This document shows, in pieces, positions 14,301 through 59,949 of a stretch of DNA of 64,000 bases; the stretch's first letter is position 1, and every line of letters begins with the position of its first letter. This DNA is from Cetorhinus maximus (lineage: Eukaryota), in the NCBI RefSeq assembly GCF_964194155.1, contig NC_135884.1, forward strand, positions 115,692,001 through 115,756,000, written 5' to 3'. The position numbers and the translations under genes are program-made. The notes beneath the pieces are model-generated. The model was not told where the DNA came from. It was given only the letters and a program-made list of their open reading frames with translations, and made no database searches.

Positions 14301-14806
14301 TGTGACAACCCACCCCTTCTCTCTCTCTCTCTCTCTCTCTGTCTGTCTGTCCCCCTATTAAAAGTAGGAAAATAGAGAATAGCACGTCAGTAAAAGTTAA
14401 TGGCTTAGAGTTAAGAAACGGACTAGTTTAAGTAGGTAACGTCCCACCCCAGGATTAGAAACACTTTGTAGACATGTAACATTAAAGCACGAAAAAAAGT
14501 AAATAAACACCTGATACCAAGTTTATAAAAGTTCTGATGAAAAGGTCAGAGACATAAAATTCAAACGGTTTTCCTTTTCTAGATACCACCTAACCTACTG
14601 AATATTTCCAGCATTTTTGCTATTACCACAAAATAAACTACAATTTGGACTATTCTGCTAAGAGAATCGAACTGACCTTTCGCATCGAAATATTTCATAA
14701 ATAATTGTATTCGCTCATCTTTCGCCTCCTGCGAGAGGGTCATTTTCACCGATTCCTCATTATTCCAGAAGGAAGCGTTCCGCTCACCTCTGGTCCCTGA
14801 AGCCAT
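2296..14806 (-). CDS. cdca9: Borealin-family chromosomal passenger complex subunit, most like borealin-2/Dasra A; whole gene, 10 coding exons (275 aa), or 291 aa with an optional 48-nt exon
   Basis: Hand-spliced exons 130,129,35,58,95,65,75,(48),91,87,63 nt are phase-consistent. N-terminal ERIQLFMKYFDAKANEKIREME...LLKMPAAIKRIKLKDFL fits the Borealin N-terminal helix. C-terminal PFIKIPLADGQ...NIDVQSLDPHALQGIQLLVTRLTALC fits the Borealin dimerisation domain. The paralog assignment rests on recalled Xenopus Dasra A similarity. Confidence 0.85.
2772..2858 (-). CDS. cdca9: cdca9 penultimate coding exon (AISAVGEEVNNIDVQSLDPHALQGIQLLV)
   Basis: Acceptor TACTTAG|, donor |GTAAGT, 87 nt, phase 0-0. 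Confidence 0.85.
3270..3870 (+). mobile_element. Possible solo LTR
   Basis: Internal AATAAA and 3' end ...GGTCATAACA; 5' boundary and TSD not identified. Confidence 0.3.
3872..4925 (+). mobile_element. Non-LTR retrotransposon fragment (second LINE family, RT N-terminal part plus 3' tail)
   Basis: LKALDTAKAMGPD...LAKLFQYS...WKTAQICHVHKKQDK.NLANY; related copies at 19255-19960 (-), 23870-24165 and 26110-27075. Confidence 0.8.
5935..6045. mobile_element. Penelope-like terminal-repeat fragment with hammerhead-like core
   Basis: CTGATGA...GACTCGAAACGTTAACTCTGT...CACAGATGCTG...GAGTTTTTCCAGCA; the same unit terminates the Penelope copy near 60 kb. Confidence 0.65.
6107..6662 (+). mobile_element. 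CR1 LINE, 5'-truncated 3' end
   Basis: [22 protein letters not shown]...TRGHSL...RRNFF.QRVVN.WNSLP followed by the 3'UTR. Confidence 0.9.
7073..7163 (-). CDS. cdca9: cdca9 exon (SGRKVQKFSYPSASVDKALPFIKIPLADGQ)
   Basis: Acceptor TTCTTAG|, donor CAG|GTAAGT, phase 2-0. Confidence 0.85.
7740..7787 (-). CDS. cdca9: Possible additional or cassette cdca9 exon (LFGKIYICTPSKNPD)
   Basis: Acceptor TTTGCTCAG|, weak donor AT|GTAGGG, 48 nt, phase 2-2, frame-preserving. Confidence 0.35.
7978..8052 (-). CDS. cdca9: cdca9 exon 7 (SGPILRTKAASVQGAASKKSSVSDK)
   Basis: Acceptor TATGCAG|, donor |GTAAAT, phase 2-2. Confidence 0.7.
8157..8221 (-). CDS. cdca9: cdca9 exon 6 (IPQTKPKPGSFPNYDKEALFT)
   Basis: Acceptor ATTTCAG|, donor AG|GTAATA, phase 0-2. 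Confidence 0.72.
8397..8491 (-). CDS. cdca9: cdca9 exon 5 (GKAPVSSNSKVELVESKCKAKLTTAKCCTVPK)
   Basis: Acceptor ATTGCAG|, donor |GTAAGT, phase 1-0; the only open frame. Confidence 0.78.
8563..8620 (-). CDS. cdca9: cdca9 exon 4 (ADYPEERVMAIAVKTRKKK)
   Basis: Acceptor TTCACAG|, donor |GTAAGT, phase 0-1. Confidence 0.78.
8780..10390 (+). mobile_element. Old L2-like LINE 3' fragment split by a younger CR1
   Basis: ATCCAAAACTCTGCT.../...CTCTGGCTC...AGCCCTGGAATTCC...TTTAACCAAGCTTTTGGTCA; the sequence is continuous across 9067-9966. Confidence 0.6.
9067..9966 (+). mobile_element. Young CR1 LINE 3' fragment
   Basis: 227-aa ORF (LQNDID.LVEWA.KWQ...YKTLVRPQLEYCVQFWSP...); tail (TTCTATGG)(TTCTATG). 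Confidence 0.92.
11436..11470 (-). CDS. cdca9: cdca9 exon 3 (GGTDQIATAAVM)
   Basis: Acceptor GTTACAG|, donor |GTGAGT, 35 nt, phase 1-0. Confidence 0.78.
12330..13870 (+). mobile_element. Cluster of degraded CR1 3' fragments
   Basis: Repeated CR1 tail motifs (GGAATTCTCTATCCCAGAAAGCAGTG, CAGCCATGA, TGGCC..CTCCTGCTCCT). Confidence 0.65.
13913..14041 (-). CDS. cdca9: cdca9 exon 2 (ANEKIREMEQSFGKL...LLKMPAAIKRIKLKDFL)
   Basis: Acceptor TTTGCAG|, donor |GTAATT, phase 1-1. Confidence 0.88.
14318..14350. repeat. (CT)n(GTCT)n microsatellite
   Basis: Read directly from the sequence. Confidence 0.9.
14677..14806 (-). CDS. cdca9: cdca9 exon 1 (MASGTRGERN...ERIQLFMKYFDAK)
   Basis: GTTATGG Kozak context; donor AAG|GTCAGT; phase 1. 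Confidence 0.85.
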
Positions 14807-15529
14807 AACGAGCACCTACCGAGAGTAACTTAGAAACTACTAGATAGATGGCTATATAATATTCTCCCTATTTGTACTGGCTGGGAGTAATTGTCAAATT
14901 GTACTTTTATTTAATCCACTCAATATGAAGTGGCCATTAGAATATATTTTAATTGTATAATGTTATGAGATAAGATGATCGTTCTGTGCTTATAAGGTTG
15001 TTATTTCATACACTGGGCTGTAACGAGAGCTTTGATCGTGGAACTCGTGCCATTGGCACGGGATCTTGGCGATTCCAGTGGTGAGGTTTCAAATCCGAGG
15101 TAGTCAAAGATACATTTGTGGATTCGACATCTATCATCTGGAACCATTGTCGACTTATAAATGAACTTTGTTGCTAAATACATTACCGCAGATTTTTTTT
15201 CTTACAACCTGACTGACCTAAGACCCAATCCCCATCCAAGGTAATTTCCATATTTGGAGACACCTGTAGTACTGTAATGAGGTAACGTGGTCTAACTCAT
15301 TAACCATCAGCCAAACACAGCTAATGAGAATTTAAATGTGGCTATTGCATTTTTCATTTGTTCATAAAAAAGAGTAACAGATTCTGTCATTGGCCATGTG
15401 ATTTCCATACTCATATTCACAAGATATGAGTACTTTAATCTTCTTTGTGCAATTATTGGTAATATGGTAAGATGAAAAGCATAAGATTTGCCAAACTGAA
15501 GACCTCCTCTGTTCCATTGGAAATCTGGC

Positions 15530-15990
15530 ATTGAGGTTGTAGACCGGAGCTGTCAGCTCACTCCCAGGCTACCTGTTCCGGTGGCCTGAATGAGTTGTGT
15601 TTTACGTATATGTGGATTGTGAGACGTTGCAATCTCCCTTTTACTTCTCAATTTGTGGTTGCACTTCAGTCCCCTCCTCCTGATCTTTGCCCACCTGGCC
15701 TGGCGAGGGACAGGGTTAGTCCAAGGACCTCCTCCGGTGCCTGGTCAAAAGTGGGCACCACCAGGTCTCGGCTGGGGTTGGCCAACAGGATTCTCTCTAT
15801 TTTCCTCCATTCCATGGTTATACCTGTGCCCACTGTGGTGTCTGCCCATTACGGGGGGCGGGGCTTTTGCAACTGGTCACTGCAGGGAGTGGCGCTTGTT
15901 GTTGACATTGTAAATTATGTTTATTTTGAAAGTTTCCTTTTGGTGTTTTTAATTTGTGACCCTTTTTTAAACAGAGGCACTTTTGTTAAT
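15530..15990 (+). mobile_element. L1/Tx1-clade LINE ORF2 3' remnant
   Basis: VFYVYVDCETLQ...WLHFSPLLLIFAH..WRG...KWAPPGL resembles the Tx1 ORF2 C-terminus. Confidence 0.6.
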
Positions 15991-18679
15991 TTGATTTTGA
16001 TGATACATTCATCCTAATTGGCAATTAAGAGTTAAAAGTCACAGAAGTGTGAATGCTTTTGATGTATGTAGTTTACTTTTTTGGGTTACTGTTTATTAGT
16101 TATTTGCTAAAATGCCACGCAACATTGGTGAAAACTCTCAACTTCAGTACCTTGGAAACACCAACAACATTATATCAGCGTGGCTAGCACCACCAATCAA
16201 AATAATTGCTCCAAATCAGCAGAACAAAGCAAGCCCAACCAAAAATGAACAGCTCCAATGGAGCACATTATGGCAAAGGATGAGCAGCGCTAGGTCTGGT
16301 GGGTCTTGCTGTGTGAGTCAATAATCACTCCAGTCAAATTACTGCTTGCAACTGCTGGATAGAAACCTAGAAGCTGCACTTAGATGTGCTATGTCTGATA
16401 AATTCATGCCAGAATTTCAAATTTTGGTGAAAGAGACTTTGGTGAAAAATGGTCGGTGTTTAAGTAAATATACATTTGAGGTATGTTTACCTTATTGGGT
16501 GTATGTTTTTTTTCTATTAAAATTAGCGCATGTGGCTAAACCAGTGTTGCTAGAGCCACATTTGTGCTTAGCCAATGATTTCTATTTGACAACACTGACC
16601 TAATCATATTTTCTCTGCTCTATGCAGAATGGAATCCTGAACATTGTTACTGAAGCCACAAGATCACTGCAGAATGCCAATTCATTTTAGGTAATTAAAT
16701 AGACTTGCACAATTAGGAACAGCCAGTCTGCAATGTTAAGATGTGTTAGCTTTTAGAAGCCACATTTTGAAAGATGAACATGCTGTAAACAAATTAGTAT
16801 TAATTTAGCTGTTAGATACAAGTCCTTGTCATGCTGAACCTTATTAGGTAATGCCATAAATTATTTCTGCAAGTGCAAACTGTATTATGCAGATGGCCAA
16901 ATAACTTGGGCTGTAGTATCCTTACTTATACCAACCAAAACTGGGTAGTACTGCAGTAGAGAAATTGAATTGAGGACTTACTGCCCTCTCCTCATCCCCA
17001 CTGACATTACGGTGGATTCCCTCCCCCTTCTCTCCACCCCCTCTTCTCTCCGTCTCTTCCCCCCACCACTGCTTTATATTCTCCCCCACCTTTCTCTCTC
17101 CTCTCCACCTCTCTCTAAATTGTTAAATAACTATTTATAGCCAGCTATGTCGGAAGAGCATCTAAATTGGCTGGCAGGCATCTCGATTGAACAGGATTTA
17201 TTGTTGACTACTCTGATATCATACAGAAGTTCACCGCAACTGAAGTTGAAATAGCCAGCTTCTGAATTATCATATGGGCCCTATACTATATTATTAAGCA
17301 TTGATATTCCAAGGCATAATATTCAATGCATATACTCCTCCATTACCTATTGCTTAGCACCTTTTATATTGCTTATTCCAAAACAGGCCTTTTCACAATC
17401 ATTATTGATATGTAATGCTTCCAGACAAACATTGCTCGGTTTAATACTTGACCATAGGTCAATGATATTTAGCAAGTTTTTAAAACGGAGTAAAGCATTG
17501 ATGCTCGTTTCTTAGCTTTTTAAAAATATACAATTCATTACTTCGTAAAAAAGTAGTCAGTAAATGTGCTACATAATAAATGTGAAATAAAAATAGCTAT
17601 TTAATATTTCAAGCATATAAACAAGTAAATGTGACAGCTGTTTGTACATTCATGCCCTCTGCTTAGGGACACTTTATTTTTAAACGGTGCTGATGACTGG
17701 AGTGCTTGCTGACTACGGAAGTAGCTGTTACAGTATCCAGCTGTAATTTTCCTTCACTTTTAGGCAGACTGAATACCAATACTTTAAAACATATGCTGCA
17801 AATTAAATACAAAGCTGCTATGAGTGGGAAATGTAAACTGGGAGTACAAGAAAAAATATTTGCCTATGTAACCATCATTCCAGTCATTTCTCTTGCAACT
17901 GTTCCACAATTTTCTGTAATATTTGCAATGCCAATTCACCTGCCTTTTAATAGCATGTTTCATTCATATGGCAGATGAGATTTTGAAGTATAATATCTTA
18001 TTAAATAAAGCACCTGCAGTTAATTTATCAAATGGCATTCCAACTAAGAGATGGCAAGTGTACAAACTTCTGTACATTGAAAATAATGGTTAATTCTTTT
18101 TTTGTGTGCTGATCAAGAACTGAGTGTTCCTTTCTCTGACAGCAGCAAAACATCTTTCACCTTTACAGGGACAATTTCCATTCCTATGTTTTTAAAAACC
18201 CTTTTACAGTTGAATTATATTGGTGCTTGAATATTCTATTGATCAAAATGATAAAGCTAATATTTGGATGACTAACCTCTGACCTTGACATGTTGAATAA
18301 CTTTATAAAGAATTAACCTTCTATAGTGAAGATGTGTATTTATTGTCTTGAATATAACCTCAGACTAGAGCAAACCTTTGATTTAGTGATAGCATTCCTC
18401 TCCAAGTCAGAAATTGAAGGGTTCGAGTCCTACTGCAGCCAATCCTGATGAATAGAGATCAGAGCTCTGCTCTGAATTCTGGGTTGACATCCAGCGAGAT
18501 GGGTGGCTTCCCACATTTTACAGGTTCTCACAACCTTACAAAACTTGCCTGTGTTATAGGAATAACTACCCTATTGGCTAGTATAAAGATAAATACAGCC
18601 ATCGAAAGAGTATTCATGTCATTATTTAAGGAGGTATATAATTGCATTGGAGGGAGCTCAGTGGATGTTTACTAGCTTT

Positions 18680-19135
18680 ATTCTTGGCATGAAGGGGTTG
18701 TCTTATGAGGAAAGGTTGAGCCTATGCTCATTGTAGTTTAGAGGTGATCTTACTGAAAGGTAAGATTCTGAGGGGACTCTAGAGGGTAGATGCTGAGAGG
18801 ATGTTGCCCCACTTGGGAGAATCTATAACGGAGTGCATATTTTCAGAATAAGGGGTCACCTGTTTAAAGGAGATTAGGAGGAATTTCTACTCTTAACTTT
18901 TGCAAAAATTAAATTTTTGATTTAATTTTTGTAATTCACTACCCCAGAGAGCAGTGGAGGCTGCATTATTGAATATATTCAAGGCTGAGTTGGACAGATT
19001 TTTGAACAACAGAGGAATCAAGGGTTATGGAAAGTGGATTGGAGGCCATGATCAGAGCAACCATGATCTTATTGAATGGTAGAGCAGTCTTGAAGGGCCA
19101 AGTGGCCTACCCAGATCCTAATTTTATATGTTCTT
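18680..19135 (+). mobile_element. CR1 LINE 3' end
   Basis: GGCATGAAGGGGTTGTCTTATGAGGAAAGGTTGAG...CAGAGAGCAGTGGAGGCT...CCATGATCTTATTGAATGG. Confidence 0.8.
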
Positions 19136-19254
19136 TTTACCTGTCAGTCTGTTAATCAGCCTGCAAATCCTTTCACTCCTTAGTACTACTCTCAACAAAG
19201 GGGGTGGGGGGGGGGGGGGGCGGGGAGTGTAAAATTGCAAAATCAACATTTTCA

Positions 19255-19960
19255 TTCATGGCAAAGCCAGCATTTATTGTGCATCCTTCATTGTTCTTGA
19301 AAGTGGTGGTGAGCTGTCATCTTAAGCACAGTCGATGTGGTGTAGGTACATCCAGAGTATGATCAGGGAGCAAGCTCCAGGAGTTTAATCCAGCAACAAT
19401 GCAGGAATGGTGATACATTTCCAAGTTAGAATGGTGTGTGGCTTAGAGGGGAATTTGCAAATGGTGCTCCTATCTGCTTGTTGTGTTTGTTCTTCTAGGC
19501 AATAGGGGGTTTGGAGGAGCCTTGGTGCATTTCTGGAGTGTATCTTGTAGATGGCACACAATGCTGCCACTGTGCACCAGTGGTGGAGGGAGAAAATATT
19601 TAAGGTGGTGGATGGGGTGCTAATCAACTAGGCTGCTTTATCCTGGATGGTGTCAAGATTAAGTGTTGTTGGAGTAGCAATCATCCAAGCAAGTGGAGAG
19701 TATTCCATCACACTCCTGACTTGTACTTTTTAAACAAACTAGGCTTTGGGAAGTTAGGAAGCAAGTTACTCACTCCAGAATTCCCAGCCTCTGACATGTT
19801 CTTATAGCCACAGTATCTATATGGCTAGACTAGTTAAGTTTCTGGTCAATGGTACTCACAGGGTGTCGACTGTGGGGCATTTAGCTGTTGTAATGCTGTT
19901 GAATATCAAGAGGAGATGGCTAGATTCTGTCTCTTGTTGAAATGGCCACTTGCGTAGCAC
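19255..19960 (-). mobile_element. LINE 3' fragment (family of 3872-4925)
   Basis: Reverse complement of the tail CAGCTCACCACCACTTTCAAG...GGATG..CAATAAATGCTGGC. Confidence 0.75.
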
Positions 19961-20636
19961 AACTAAGCTTTTGGTTATCTGACCTAATAACTCAGTCATA
20001 TTTTCTTTTATAGTGCTTCTGTAAAGTGCCTTGGGGCATTTTATTATATAAGAAGTTGTGGTGGTTGTTTTCAAAGATGCTAGAGGATAGATCCAGTAAC
20101 TAAACCCATTTATAGAAAGGTCTCAGTTTTCTTCCTGAGCTTTCTACTAAAGACTTACCTGTACATCAAATCCAATTTTGCATTCCTGTTGCAGTCAGCT
20201 AGCTCAGTCAGGCCTAGGATCATTCAGAGACCTTGCTGCCCCATACCATCCACGAGGATTTGGGGGAACCATTGCACATAGGATGCAATAAAACATTTAG
20301 TAACGGAAAGAATCTTCATTGAACTCATAGGTGTACTCATCCATCAGTCCATTGTAAGTAACACTGATGGGGATGGTTGATATTTTGAGACAAATGAAAA
20401 TTTTTGGGTATTCAGTTTCTCCAGGAGTTCTACCGATGTTACAGCAGCCCCATGCACTTGTGGAAAATCCAGGGTTACAGCCGTATGTAATCGTCACACA
20501 TGATTAGAAAGGATGACTGCACAAACTCAATTGAGGTGAAGGAGGGATGGCTGCAGAGCAGAACTCATTTAGAAAGAGACATAATGACACATTTTTGCTG
20601 TTTGCTTAAATGACTTTCAAAAGAGTAAAAAGGCAA

Positions 20637-20642
20637 TTTATT
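20637..20642 (-). terminator. Candidate gpt2 polyadenylation signal (AATAAA), giving a 3'UTR of about 1 kb
   Basis: TTTATT on + strand followed (on minus) by T-rich sequence; another AATAAA near 20795 is an alternative. Confidence 0.4.
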
Positions 20643-21613
20643 GCAAGAGATATTTCTTGCTCAAATGTTGACAATATAGATAAACTGAAAACAATTTTCA
20701 TAAGAGACAGATATAGAATCCCTTTCTCCTAAAGACACAAAGTCTTGCAGATCACAGTTATTTCTTGTCCCCTTGCACCCCTACAAGCCAATATTTATTT
20801 TTTTAACTTCTGAATGTATCTACTTGGAAGCCCTTGAATAGAAAGCAAATTCAGAACTATATAACAAAGACAACTGTAACATTTGTCCTCCTAACTTCAC
20901 AAAATAAAACCATAAACATTACATTATATTGTTTCAGAAAAAACCCCTCTGCCAGATGTTTTAAATTATTGTAAAATCCATTCACTTGGCAGTGTTACAA
21001 GTTAGCGTTTGATAAGTCAATCTAGGCAGTAGCTTTAACAACTTTTAGCCCATTGAAAATCCATCTGCATACACAGCAAAAACTCCACCTTGATTGGAGA
21101 TATAGTCTTGCTACATAAGTGTTATAAAGCTGCTCACTAGTCCAATTAATGCATCGTCTTCCACAAAGAATGGAGACTGAGACAAAAGAAGGCACAACCC
21201 CAAACATCACTGCTTGAAACCAGAGCATATTCCTGGGAATTTGAGATTAGAGGCTTGAACCTAGAAAAATATTTGATGTTTGTTGCTAGAAATAATGTTA
21301 ATTTTTTTTTACCTATAAAAAACTTCTTGAAGTGCAACAAAACCAATCTTTTCTACTATTTCAATGTAAACAGAGTACTATCAAAAATGCAGCACAAGTT
21401 GTACATAAGGGGTATTCACAGCACCAACTGACAGCAATCATGATCTGCAGGCCAGAAGTTTTACCATTTCACTTCAGTAAACATTAACTTGATATTTTGA
21501 AAGGGCTTTTGGGGGGCGGGTGGGGGTGTGGGGAGGGAGGGGAGAAGGGAAGGAAAGAGGTTAATTGAACATTCATCATGTGGCTTTCCCTGGGTGAACA
21601 AAATTAACCATGT

Positions 21614-58250
<36,637 letters not shown>

Positions 58251-58979
58251 CGCCGCTGCCGCCGCCACCCGCTTCACCTCACATGAGAACGGCCCCGGGG
58301 CAGCTGTATCGCAATTCAAACCCACTCGCTTCAGGTGACAGACAACAGTGCCTTGTGCACAGGGCGCTCTGGGAACTGTAGTGCAGAACAGCTACGTCAC
58401 TGCGGCTCTGAAGCACTGAAGAAGGGTCATACGGGCCCGCAAGTTAACTGTTTCTCCCTCTCTCCACAGCTGCTGTCAGACCTGCTGAGTTTTTCCAGCG
58501 TTTTCTCTTTTTATTACGTCACCACGCTCAGCCGCTGACCTTAGAAACTACAACTCCCAGCAGGCCCATCTGGCGGCGACGCATGCGCACCGCCACCTGT
58601 CTCCGCCCCCTCCTCCACAGACTTCGTGTCGTCACCAGCAATTCACAACCAGCACTGTAAACTACACACGGGAGCAATGCAAAGTGTAAGTGAAGATGAA
58701 GGTTTGCCCATACTTGCATGATAAAGCGCGTTGGGAGGTCCGTGGAGCGTGAAAAGCGCATAAATGAAAGTCTAAAATAAATACAAAATACTGCGGATGC
58801 TGGAAGTCTGAAATAAAAACAGAAAATTCTGCAAAAACTCAGGTCTGACAATATCTGTGCAGAGAGAAACAGAGTTAACGTTTTGAGTCTGTATGATCCT
58901 TCTTCAGAGCTAGATGAAATGAACTATAAATTAAAGTCTACTTTGCCTCCATACAAATATATCATTATATCATATATAT

Positions 58980-59705
58980 AATTAGAGAAGGTGCAGAAAA
59001 GATTCACCAAATCTTTTGTGATGAGGGACATCAGTTACATAAAAAGATTGGAGAAGCTTGAAAGGAGATTTAATAGAGCTATTGGTAACATGGAGAGGTA
59101 AGGCAGAAGACAAAATTTGTAATCTAATAAAAAATCTGTAATTAAAAGTCTAGTGATGACCACGATAAAAACCCATCCTTTTCACTAATGTCCTTTAGGG
59201 AAGGAAGCCTGTTGTCCTTACCTGGTCTGGCCTACATGTGACTTCTGAACCACAGCAATATGGTTGACTCTTAAATGCCCTCTGAACAATGGCAATTAGG
59301 GATGGGCAATAAATGCTGGCCTAGCCAACGACACCCACATGCCATGAACAACTAAAAAAAACTTTAAATCATACAGGATCTAGACAGAGTAGATTGGGAG
59401 ATACTATTCCCATTGGTTGAAAGATCGAGAACCAGAGGGCACAGGTTTAAAGTAATTGGCAAAAAAAACCCATAGCAACATGAGGAAAAATATTATCATG
59501 CAGTGAGTGGTTAGGATCTGGAATACACTGCCTCAGAAAATGATGGTGGAGGCAGTGTCAATTGAGGCTTTCGAAGGGAATTGGATCATTATTTGAAAAA
59601 GAAAAAAAATTCAGCGCTACATTGAAAAGGCAGGTGAGTGGCATTGGGTGAGCTAGCACAGACATGGCAGGCTGGAAGGCCTGTGTTGTAATCGTTCTAT
59701 GATTC
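58980..59705 (+). mobile_element. CR1 3' end interrupted by a SINE (about 59110-59360)
   Basis: GAGAAGGTGCAGAAAAGATTCACC...; SINE body AACCCATC...CACTAATGTCCTTTAGGGAAGG as at 54115. Confidence 0.75.
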
Positions 59706-59949
59706 TAATTTACGACTGCAATACTACACAAATCTAATCAAAGGAGGTAAAGGCTTTATAAATAAATAACTTATGCGTTATAAATAACTTTCCAATAATG
59801 TTCAAAATATTTTAAAGAACATACTGACATTTCAAAATGGCGACTTTTAATTATCCATCTTTGATTGATTACAGAATGATCCACAATGATTGCAGAAAAG
59901 CAAAACACTACTGAATATTTCCAGCATTTCTGTTTTTGTTTCAAAACAA

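Larger units (their letters stand above)
14997..20613 (+). pseudogene. Candidate multi-exon gene or unitary pseudogene of unknown family
   Basis: AG/GT-bounded, phase-compatible exons 14997-15240, 15424-15466, 16100-16480, 16628-16690, 17141-ca.17313, 20195-20353 and 20425-20613, mostly in one frame with isolated stops; intervening transposon fragments fall within the predicted introns. Confidence 0.5.

Noticed and set aside
16112-16324. ORF ending in CaaX-like CVSQ*, considered as a DNAJA2 last exon
   Set aside because: No similarity to the DNAJA2 C-terminus; better explained as part of the longer interrupted exon 16100-16480.
18380-18445. tRNA-like GGTTCGAGTCC B-box
   Set aside because: No cloverleaf; probably a decayed SINE head.
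20297-20497. Minus-strand ORF with Sushi-like TITYGCNPGF
   Set aside because: The remaining Cys/Trp pattern is absent and it is antisense to the better-supported + strand spliced segments.
58251-58325. In-frame N-terminal extension of GPT2 in the ORF track (MGLNCDTAAP...)
   Set aside because: It begins at a non-ATG codon; the first in-frame ATG with good context is 58250.
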